The notes under the pieces: generated by a model | Told to the model about the DNA's origin: nothing | Database searches by the model: none | Seen by the model: only the letters and a program-made list of their open reading frames with translations | Shown: positions 12,722 to 20,583 of the stretch, piece after piece | Position numbering within the stretch: position 1 is the first letter of the stretch | Layout: every line of letters starts with the position of its first letter | Assembly: GCA_963781585.1 (NCBI GenBank) | Contig: CAWAGQ010000013.1 | Coordinates: 224,001 to 288,000, forward strand | Direction of reading: 5' to 3' | DNA length: 64,000 nt | Source of the DNA: an uncultured Gemmatimonadaceae bacterium | Lineage (GTDB): Bacteria; Gemmatimonadota; Gemmatimonadetes; Gemmatimonadales; Gemmatimonadaceae | Made by a program: the position numbers and the translations under genes

Positions 12722-14176
12722 TCAGCGCCAGCGCCGCCACGATCCCCACGGAGCGCGCGCGGAGGCCAGCGCGGTAGCGCGCTGAGCCTCGACTGCTGGT
12801 CGGGCCGCGCCGAGCCACGGAGCGCGGCTCCGCACGCTCGCGACGTTCAGTGCGCCGAGCCCGCCGCGGCCGAGCCGCGACGCGCCGAAGCCGGAAGTCA
12901 GGAACCCCGGGGGAGTTCGCGCCAGCAACACACCGGCGTTAGGTGCGATGTCCGTCGGCCGGTTGTTGGAGCCGAAGACGGCCGAGAAGCTGAGATTCCC
13001 GTCATCGTTCCCTATCTTGAAGAACGGGATCCTGACGGTGACGGAGTCATCATCGTAGACGGTAGCCACCAGACCGAGGAAGCCGTCGAGTCCCCACATC
13101 TCGGCGGTCGCGTCGTCCTGGCTGAAGAAGCTGACCTCGTAGTCCACGCCCTGTGTGGCGGACCCCCCGAGGACGTTGACGCCGGGTGGGACGCCGGTGG
13201 CCTCGCTCTCGTCCACGTCGAAGTCCATGAACCCGTACAGCGAATTGGGCTGCGCCAGCGCCGACGCGACCACGGGCGCCGAGAAGTGCAGCGTGAGCAG
13301 CAGCCACCCCGGTACGTAACGCCCGGTGACCGCCAGGAGGTCGAGCGCGGGGGCGGATCCCGTCTGGGTGTTGGGCAGCGTGTCGTTGGCCGGATCGGTG
13401 ACCGCGAATCCCTCCTCTCCGGCTCCGATCGCGGTGCAGACAACATCGACCGACATGGGCAGCGCCTGACCGGCGGCAATCGACACTGGCCGCGTGGCGG
13501 AGCCGGTCAATGTGCAGTTCGGCTCCACGTCGAAGATTTCGAGCGTGTGATCGCCGGGCGGAATGTGGATGAGCCGGCGCGACGAGTTGCGGTCCAGCTC
13601 GAACACCAGACCCTGGTCGTAGGAGATCAGGTAGCCGTCGGGGTCGATGTCCTCACCGGTGGTGGTTGACGTAAACCTGACTTCGCCCGTCACCGGCGTG
13701 CACTGCACCGCGAAGTTCACATCGATCGTATCGTTGGCCACGATCGATACCTGACGAGAGTCCTGGCCTGATGAGCACGCCGAGTTGAGTCCCTGCAGGG
13801 CGACCGTATGGGTGCCGACCCGAAGGTTGTTGACGTGGAAGGTCGCGCCGTCGGCGCTCGACACGTCGAGCGGAGCGATGGTATCGATGGCGAGCTTGAA
13901 GGTGAACGTCGCAAGGTCGCCCGCCGTTTGCGTGGCGACGGAAATCGTCATCGATCCGTGCGCGGCCGGTCCGGTGCTGTCCGAGCACCCGGCCAGGATC
14001 CATGCGGCGGCGAGAAGCGGCCCGGCTGTCGCGGCGAGGTGCATGCTTCTGCAGCGTGCAACCGGTTGGCGAGCGGATGCGCCAATCCCGGCGTAGAGTG
14101 ACCGGCGGGCCGCACCGGAAGACGAGTGCGTACCATGCGGTAGCGCGGATTGCGACGATCGCGGACCGGACATCAT
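12722..14176 (-). CDS. Hypothetical lipoprotein with two Ig-like Cys-paired repeats
   Basis: Lipobox ILAGC-SDSTGP; two related beta-rich units (HTVALQGLNSACS...FAVQC and HTLEIFDVEPNCT...VDVVC); TTGEDIDPDGY. Start 14176 or 14044. Confidence 0.7.
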   Translation of the reverse strand: MMSGPRSSQSALPHGTHSSSGAARRSLYAGIGASARQPVARCRSMHLAATAGPLLAAAWILAGCSDSTGPAAHGSMTISVATQTAGDLATFTFKLAIDTIAPLDVSSADGATFHVNNLRVGTHTVALQGLNSACSSGQDSRQVSIVANDTIDVNFAVQCTPVTGEVRFTSTTTGEDIDPDGYLISYDQGLVFELDRNSSRRLIHIPPGDHTLEIFDVEPNCTLTGSATRPVSIAAGQALPMSVDVVCTAIGAGEEGFAVTDPANDTLPNTQTGSAPALDLLAVTGRYVPGWLLLTLHFSAPVVASALAQPNSLYGFMDFDVDESEATGVPPGVNVLGGSATQGVDYEVSFFSQDDATAEMWGLDGFLGLVATVYDDDSVTVRIPFFKIGNDDGNLSFSAVFGSNNRPTDIAPNAGVLLARTPPGFLTSGFGASRLGRGGLGALNVASVRSRAPWLGAARPAVEAQRATALASARAPWGSWRRWR

Positions 14177-14473
14177 TCCCCCCGAGGCGTTCGGCCTCGA
14201 ACTAGCCCCACGTCGAAGGGTCGATGCTAGTTCGCCGACAGTCTCCGGAAGATACGACGAAGATCGTGCGAGCGCGCCACGGAACTTGCGCCACCGTGTG
14301 CGCGCCACCGTGCGCGTCGTCTGGTCACGGAGGTAACGAAATCTCCTCGTGGTCCACGAAGGTACCGCGCCTTGAGGTCGAGTCAGATAGCACTCCTCGA
14401 GAGCGACCAATTCAAATGCGCCGTCCTACGCAAGCGGTGAAGCATCGAGAACCCCCAGGTGCGTGGCCGTCCA

Positions 14474-14520
14474 CGGACGAAATTCGGCAAATCCGGACGA
14501 AATTCGGCAAATCCGGACGA
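14474..14520. repeat. 20-bp perfect tandem repeat CGGACGAAATTCGGCAAATC, about 2.35 copies
   Basis: Read directly; lies in the divergent intergenic region about 155 bp upstream of the Cys-rich peptide gene. Confidence 0.9.
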
Positions 14521-14674
14521 TCTTCGGTGTGCTCTGGCTACTCCGAGCGTACCCGTTGTGACGTACCGCCCGAACGGCTTCCAGATGTCCTGGCCCGACT
14601 GCGCCGCACGCCGGCGACAGATCGCCTCGGAACGCGCTTGGTCGGGTGTGACCTTCAAGATCTCGGAGGAAAAG

Positions 14675-14918
14675 ATGTCGAACCGTGGCCTTGCAACTCG
14701 CGCGGCGCTGGTCGTGGGCCTTGCCACAACCGCTCTGCTAGCCACTCCCTCCTGCTCCAGCCTTTGGGTTCTGCTACGAGGGATGCTATCCCCTGATCAT
14801 GTGCCCTGAGCCGTCGGAGCTTCGGTCGTTCTGCATCGACCAAGGTTGCTCAGGTAACGCCAACTGCGCGACGAACGCCGCCAACTGCTCGGGTGATACA
14901 AACATTATTTGCTTCTAA
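14675..14918 (+). CDS. Small secreted 8-cysteine peptide precursor split by a +1 frameshift near 14747-14751 (about 80 aa when repaired)
   Basis: GGAGGA RBS at 14665-14670; ATG 14675 gives signal-like MSNRGLATRAALVVGLATTALLATP; the +1 frame from 14751 reads PAPAFGFCYEGCYPLIMCPEPSELRSFCIDQGCSGNANCATNAANCSGDTNIICF-TAA (14916-14918). Confidence 0.7.
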
Positions 14919-15018
14919 TCTCAGGTGCCATGCCTGACAAGGTGCGCGGCTCGCCCCGACGCAATTGTCGAGGAGGGAGCCGCGGCCATGTCGCCAATCG
15001 CCACTTCTCTCGCGTCGC

Positions 15019-15702
15019 ATGACGGACCGCCACGACAAGGTCTTGTCCGTAACTCTTACGCTCACGGCGGTGGTGCTGGCCGGCACAGCTGTGTACCGAA
15101 CCTTCAGCCGACCTCAACCACCCGCCGGCTTCGAGCCAGCGGCTCCCGAATACGTAAAGAACTGGCGAGAGCTGCTTCCGGCAGGGATCCGGATGGGGAA
15201 CAAGAACGCCTCGATTAGTATCATCGAATTCTCAGACTTCGAGTGTCCCTTCTGCAAACGCTTCGCGTCAACTCTGAAGGACCTGCGGGCGGCGCGTCAT
15301 GATGATGTGGCAATCATCTTCATTCACTATCCGCTGGATTCGCATCGCTTCGCCCGACTGGCCGCCCGGGTGGCAGAGTGCGCGGCAGGCCAGGGCCTCT
15401 TTCCGCGCATGCAGGACCTGCTGTTCGAGAAGCAGGATTCTCTCGGTCTGATTCCGTGGACACGGCTTGCGGTCGACGTGGGAATCCACGATACGTCCAG
15501 CTTCTCACGATGCGCCGCAGACAGCCGTGTTCTTCCGCGCGTGGAAGTCGGTCTCGAGGCAGGGCGCCGGATCAATGTGCGTGGAACGCCAACTGTGCTG
15601 GTAAACGGCTGGCGCCTCTACGGGACCCCGACCCTTGAGCAGCTGCTGAAAGTGATTCAGGACATCGAAGCCGGACGATCGCCCGCAAGAGGGATGCCGT
15701 GA
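15019..15702 (+). CDS. Membrane-anchored DsbA/DsbG-like thioredoxin-fold oxidoreductase
   Basis: N-terminal TM helix; IIEFSDFECPFC (CxxC), HYPL, cis-Pro loop RGTPTVLVNG. Confidence 0.9.
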   Translation: MTDRHDKVLSVTLTLTAVVLAGTAVYRTFSRPQPPAGFEPAAPEYVKNWRELLPAGIRMGNKNASISIIEFSDFECPFCKRFASTLKDLRAARHDDVAIIFIHYPLDSHRFARLAARVAECAAGQGLFPRMQDLLFEKQDSLGLIPWTRLAVDVGIHDTSSFSRCAADSRVLPRVEVGLEAGRRINVRGTPTVLVNGWRLYGTPTLEQLLKVIQDIEAGRSPARGMP

Positions 15703-15706
15703 TCGC

Positions 15707-17128
15707 ATGCGCGGGACGCCGCTACGACCCGTGCGAGCACGATCGGATGGGCCGATGACTGCGAGCACGATGTCGGTCCTTCTAATTACCGGCGTCATCC
15801 GCCGAACAGTGCCGAGTCGATTCCCAGCGGCCTTCGCCGTCCCGGCCAGTCTTCGCAAATCAACCCTCTGTATCCTCGCTCTCATCATCGGGCACCCTCT
15901 GGAGGGCCAGACGCTTCCCACGATGCTAGCCGAATCGAGCTGCCGCTCCGCATGTGGAATGGAAGTGCAGAAGGCCATTCGGCTGGCGGCCGACAGCGAG
16001 GTGCTGGTCACGGGCACGCCGTACTTCGTCGGTTCAGATGCTCAAGGCCGCATCTTCCTGATCCGGAGCAGTCGGTTGGGCCTCCCGGAGGCTCCGCCGC
16101 TTGTGTTCGACCACAACGGGCGCTTTCTGACGGAACTTGGTCGTCGAGGACGGGGCCCGGGAGAAACCCTGTACCCGTCGTGGATTGACTTCGGACCAGA
16201 CGACAGCATTCGCGTTTTCGAGGCCAGTCGAATTCACGTGTTCGGGCCGGATCTCCATCCGGCGAGAACGCAACTTGATCTGAGGGAGGTGCGCTCACTG
16301 AGGTACGTCGTCCGGTTCGGTGACGGCATGATCGTTGGGCTTGGAAACGAGTTCCTCAAACCGGGCGAGCCACGTCCGGTACATGAGCTGCGACCGGGCG
16401 TGAAATCGCTCACCATGATGCCCGAACCGGCACTGAAGGTCCCAAACGGTCCGGTGCGTGTTCTGGCGGCGTCGCGAAACCCGCACCGCTTCTGGATAGG
16501 ACAGTTCGATCTCAGCGAGGGAGTTGGCTACGACCTCCTGCTCACCGACCCAGGTGGACATGTCTTCGCCGCCTTCCGGCGTCGTCCCGTCTGGTGGAAG
16601 TCCCCTCGGATCATCGGATTGAAGACGTTTGTTCCGACTTCCCGAGTGCAGGCCGTTCGGGAGATCCGCAACGGTCTTCTGCTGGTGCTCGTCGCCCAAC
16701 CGCGATCCGACTGGAAGCCCGGCACGGCCGATCCCAGGAACCTCATGGCGTCATCGGATGCGTACGAGGCGAGGATGGAGCTCGTTGACGTTGTGCAGCG
16801 GGGCGTGTCCGGCTGGGCTCACGTCCCCGGCTACCCTGTCGGGATCGTGGATGACACCACGATCGCGACCTATGTCGAAGATGCCGACGGCTCGCCACAC
16901 GTCGATTTATGGCGCGCTTACCCGACCGATGGACGCAGCCAAGGCACCTCGCCGCCGGTGCGAGGAACGCCCCCATTGCGGCAATTCGACGAGTCGAAGC
17001 CCGCGGACGCGCCCCCCACCTCGGCGGGGATCGCAAGGCGTACCCCAGTGAGTTGCTACTTCGCGTCCAGCTTCCTCCCCGCGTTCAGGTTGTCCCAGTT
17101 GAGGATCGTGTTGAACACGAGGAAGTAG
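15707..17128 (+). CDS. Exported 6-bladed beta-propeller-type protein
   Basis: Signal-like TLCILALIIGHPLEGQ, SCRSAC, and VFDHNGRFLTELGRRGRGPGETLYP (GRxGxGPGE blade motif). Start uncertain; 3' end overlaps the convergent gene. Confidence 0.72.
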   Translation: MRGTPLRPVRARSDGPMTASTMSVLLITGVIRRTVPSRFPAAFAVPASLRKSTLCILALIIGHPLEGQTLPTMLAESSCRSACGMEVQKAIRLAADSEVLVTGTPYFVGSDAQGRIFLIRSSRLGLPEAPPLVFDHNGRFLTELGRRGRGPGETLYPSWIDFGPDDSIRVFEASRIHVFGPDLHPARTQLDLREVRSLRYVVRFGDGMIVGLGNEFLKPGEPRPVHELRPGVKSLTMMPEPALKVPNGPVRVLAASRNPHRFWIGQFDLSEGVGYDLLLTDPGGHVFAAFRRRPVWWKSPRIIGLKTFVPTSRVQAVREIRNGLLLVLVAQPRSDWKPGTADPRNLMASSDAYEARMELVDVVQRGVSGWAHVPGYPVGIVDDTTIATYVEDADGSPHVDLWRAYPTDGRSQGTSPPVRGTPPLRQFDESKPADAPPTSAGIARRTPVSCYFASSFLPAFRLSQLRIVLNTRK

Positions 17129-20100
17129 CTCCCGATGGTTTCGCCGCGGTATACGGGATTCGTCGCGAACAGGACGACGTGGCCTTTCTCCAATGGCGCG
17201 TCGACAACGACCGGCCGCTGCGCGATGTCGGCGCCGCCGTCCAGCAGCCCGGAGACCAGCAATCCCTGCTGCTCGCCGAATCGCACGGCCACCCGGGGAC
17301 GTTGATCGGGTGGGATGATGTTGAGCGGGTTGCGCAGCTGCTCCTCAGTGACCGGCGCGTACTGCCACGGCTGCACCGGATCCCGTCGAGGCGCCTCGAA
17401 CTTCGGATCGAGCGCGGGGCGTCCCTGCGGCGTGTCCTGATCGTCCGGGGTGCCGCGCCCGGTGGGCCGGCTTCCGCCGCCGCCCCCTCGACCGCCGCCG
17501 CCGCCCCCGCCACGTCCGCCGCCGCGTGAGCTGCTCACGCCAAAGCTGCCGCCGTCGTCGCTGTACATGGCGAGGCTGTCCTTCACGCCGTAGACGATCG
17601 GGCTCGCATCATCGACGACACGCGTGCGGAGGAGCGTCCCCACCACCTCGCCGCGGCGAGGTGAATTGCTGCTGACACCATTGACCAGGCCGTACTGAAT
17701 CGCGAAGTCGGCCGTGTTGTTCACCGCCACCAGCACGCCACCGCGCTTGACGAAGCTCTCCAGGTTCTCGAGCCCGTTCCACCCCATGCCCGGACGGATA
17801 TCGTCGGTCTCGGCCCACGTGCCGATGTTGGGCGTCTCGGCGGAATGCTTCCACGGCATCGGATTTCGCCACATCGGCATGCCGTTGATGATCGCCTGCC
17901 CGCCGCCGCCACCGGGCGGAAACAGGATCACGTCGTACTTGTCGTTCAGGTTCGGCGTCTTCCCGATGTCCTGCACGCTGATGTAGTCGTACGGGATGGA
18001 GAGGAAGTCGAATGCCTCGCGCCACCATCCCTCGGTCTGCGTGCCCGTCCAGGCATGGAGTATCGCGACCCGCGCCGCACGCGCGGGATGCATGCGCACC
18101 GAGGGCGCCGATGCGAGTGCGAACGCCTTGATGCCGAGCGCCGAGGTTTCCTTGTCGAGGTCGGCCTGCGACACGTTACGCACGATGAACGAGCCACGGT
18201 TGAACTTCTGCCCGTTGGCCTCGAAGGGCTCCTCGGCTGACTGGAAGTCGGCAGCCTTGAGACGATAGCGCAGCGTGGCGAGGGCGTTGTCGCCGTTGTG
18301 GTTGATGGCGAACACGGAGCCGCTGCCGGTTACCCCGCCGGTGGCCGACACCTGGCCGGTGACGCGTTCCATGGGAGCGTCGAGCACCTTGGTGTCGGTC
18401 ACGCGGATGGCCTCGACACCGAAGCCTTCGGGGAAGGTCCACCCGGTGTCGTCGTACGGGTTCTTCTGCGGGTCGTTGGGGCTCCAGTACTGGTAGTCGA
18501 GGAGGGCGTCGGCGATGCGCGAGTAGGGCTGGTCCATGCGGATGACGTAGCTGCCGGCGGGGAACTCGTGCGCCATGGTGCGCGTGGTATCGGCGCCGCG
18601 TCCGCCGCGGCCGGCTCCGGTCTCCGCGCCTGCCTCGGCGCCTCCACCAGCGGCGCCGCCCCGGCCGCCGCGGCCACCGGTCGCGCGCCGCCGAACGGGG
18701 ACCTGCACGGTGAACGCGGCCGTTGCGCGCGAGATCTCCACCGCCTGCTTCTGGAGCACGCGCAGGAGGTCAGCCTGGGCGCCGAGCCGGGGATCGTCGG
18801 CTGGCAGGACGTACGCCGCCGGCCCCTCGGTGTGCGCCTTCAGGATCGACCGCTTGCTCTTGTCGTAGAAGTTGCGCAGGAAGAGCTGCCGGTTGCTGGC
18901 GATGTAGGAGAGCGAGACCAGGATCCCGGTCTGCTCATAGTTGTTGTTGTTCCGCAGCGACCACATCACCCGCGGCAGCGGGGGGTTCTGCTTGTACCAC
19001 GTTCGGGCCGTCTCGTTAGGCGAGAGGGTGCGCTCGACCGTCTCGGCGCTGCCGCCGTTACCGAACGTTTCGTACAGCCGGCTGATGCCGTTGTGGGTGG
19101 CGGCCATGAACATCAGGTACCCCGGCGACCAGGTGTCGAACGTCCCGAACGCGAACACCCCCGGCATGCCGAACCGCGTCATCTCCTGCACGTTGTTCCA
19201 GCCGATCATCTGCCATTCGTTGGTCAGGAGCGGGTCGAGCCACGCGTTGTAGGGCCCGTCGCCGATGGTGTTGTCGTAGAGGTAGGCCACCGACTCGTGC
19301 AGGTCGTGGAGTACCTGCGCCTTCCAGCCGATGTAGGTGTTGAGGACGTTCTGCGACAGCTTGAGGGTGAGCCCCATGGCATCGCGGTTGTTGTCGTGCG
19401 CCACGTAGTGGCCCCAGTAGATGAGGCTTGGCCACGTATCGTCCGGATGCGCCATGTGCCACTTGAACAGGTCCACCTGGCGGTCGCGCCCATCCACCTC
19501 GACGATCGGCGTGATGAGCGTGATCAGGTGGTCGCGGATGTTCCGGATGTACGGGCTCTCGTCGACCGCCAGGCGATAGGCCAGCTCCATCAGCGCCGTG
19601 GGCGCTCCGGCCTCGGGCGAGTGGATGGTGCCGGTGATGTAGTAGACCGGCGCCGCATCGGCTGCCAGGCGGGCCGCCTCCGCGTCGTTCATGCCGATCG
19701 TGCGCGGATCGGCCAGCTTGGCCAGCTTCGCCTTGTTCTCGTCGAGCTTCGCCATCAGGGCTTCGGACGCCACCGCCACCGCGATCATCTCGCGCCCTTC
19801 CTCGGTGGTGCCGATCGAGTAGACCTTCACGCGCGGCGTCGCCTTCGCCAGCCGGCGCATGTAGTCGTAGACCTCGGTGGAGTAGGGGAGCTTGTTCGGC
19901 GCGCCCGCGATGTCGCCGAGCACCACCTTGGGTGTGGGGACGGTCTTCGACGCGGGCAGATAATCGACCAGCGGCGAGAGGAAGAAGGGCTCGGTGGTGT
20001 ACTCCCGGATCTTCTTCGTGTACTCCTCGTCGATGGGCTGGTTGGGCGCGCGTCCCGGAATGGTGGCCGATGCGGCGGGCATCGCCCCGCCGCTGCCGCC

Positions 20101-20202
20101 GTTCCCGGACGCGGAGCCCTGCGCCACCAACGGCCGGGGCGCCGACGCAACGACGCCGACCAGCGAGAGTACCAACGCGCGAACCAGAGTGACACACCGC
20201 AT
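17056..20202 (-). CDS. Exported M14-family zinc carboxypeptidase-like protein
   Basis: SIGTTEEGREM, Zn motif TIHSPE, HDNNRD, HDLHES; signal peptide from ATG 20202; two GGRGG loops. Confidence 0.85.
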   Translation of the reverse strand: MRCVTLVRALVLSLVGVVASAPRPLVAQGSASGNGGSGGAMPAASATIPGRAPNQPIDEEYTKKIREYTTEPFFLSPLVDYLPASKTVPTPKVVLGDIAGAPNKLPYSTEVYDYMRRLAKATPRVKVYSIGTTEEGREMIAVAVASEALMAKLDENKAKLAKLADPRTIGMNDAEAARLAADAAPVYYITGTIHSPEAGAPTALMELAYRLAVDESPYIRNIRDHLITLITPIVEVDGRDRQVDLFKWHMAHPDDTWPSLIYWGHYVAHDNNRDAMGLTLKLSQNVLNTYIGWKAQVLHDLHESVAYLYDNTIGDGPYNAWLDPLLTNEWQMIGWNNVQEMTRFGMPGVFAFGTFDTWSPGYLMFMAATHNGISRLYETFGNGGSAETVERTLSPNETARTWYKQNPPLPRVMWSLRNNNNYEQTGILVSLSYIASNRQLFLRNFYDKSKRSILKAHTEGPAAYVLPADDPRLGAQADLLRVLQKQAVEISRATAAFTVQVPVRRRATGGRGGRGGAAGGGAEAGAETGAGRGGRGADTTRTMAHEFPAGSYVIRMDQPYSRIADALLDYQYWSPNDPQKNPYDDTGWTFPEGFGVEAIRVTDTKVLDAPMERVTGQVSATGGVTGSGSVFAINHNGDNALATLRYRLKAADFQSAEEPFEANGQKFNRGSFIVRNVSQADLDKETSALGIKAFALASAPSVRMHPARAARVAILHAWTGTQTEGWWREAFDFLSIPYDYISVQDIGKTPNLNDKYDVILFPPGGGGGQAIINGMPMWRNPMPWKHSAETPNIGTWAETDDIRPGMGWNGLENLESFVKRGGVLVAVNNTADFAIQYGLVNGVSSNSPRRGEVVGTLLRTRVVDDASPIVYGVKDSLAMYSDDGGSFGVSSSRGGGRGGGGGGGRGGGGGSRPTGRGTPDDQDTPQGRPALDPKFEAPRRDPVQPWQYAPVTEEQLRNPLNIIPPDQRPRVAVRFGEQQGLLVSGLLDGGADIAQRPVVVDAPLEKGHVVLFATNPVYRGETIGSYFLVFNTILNWDNLNAGRKLDAK

Positions 20203-20247
20203 GACAGACCTCGCGAGGGAGAAAGCCGGGCAGGAATGGGACCGCAC

Positions 20248-20294
20248 GGAAAATCGAGTCTGACGCCGCATCTCGGAAAATCGAGTCCGACCCC
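20248..20294 (-). repeat. Two copies of the GGGGTCAGACTCGATTTTCC-family repeat (27-bp period)
   Basis: GGAAAATCGAGTCTGACGCC at 20248-20267 and GGAAAATCGAGTCCGACCCC at 20275-20294. Confidence 0.85.
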
Positions 20295-20583
20295 GATTTC
20301 GGCGCCTCCGGCTGTCAGGCGCAGGAGCCGCCCGATGACAAGAATGCGCCTCCGAACGTCCGCGCGCCAATGTCGAGTGGGGCGGGACGCGCGACCGTCC
20401 GGATGGAGCCACTACGCCAAGTACGGACCGTCGTATCGGTCCGCTGTACCGGCTCCGTGCCAGTGACGATGCGCGAATCACCCTCGGTGCACGCTCGGCA
20501 ACCGGTGGCTCGCCGCCGGGACATGCGCTGCGCAGAGGAGCGGCACCTTGCGCCGCTGTGCGATCTCGTGAGGAATTCCGGCG

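Noticed and set aside
14459..14809. 116-aa ORF from the track as the real gene
   Set aside because: Its N-terminal part runs through the tandem repeat with no RBS. The strong RBS points to ATG 14675, and the Cys-rich +1 frame explains the region better.
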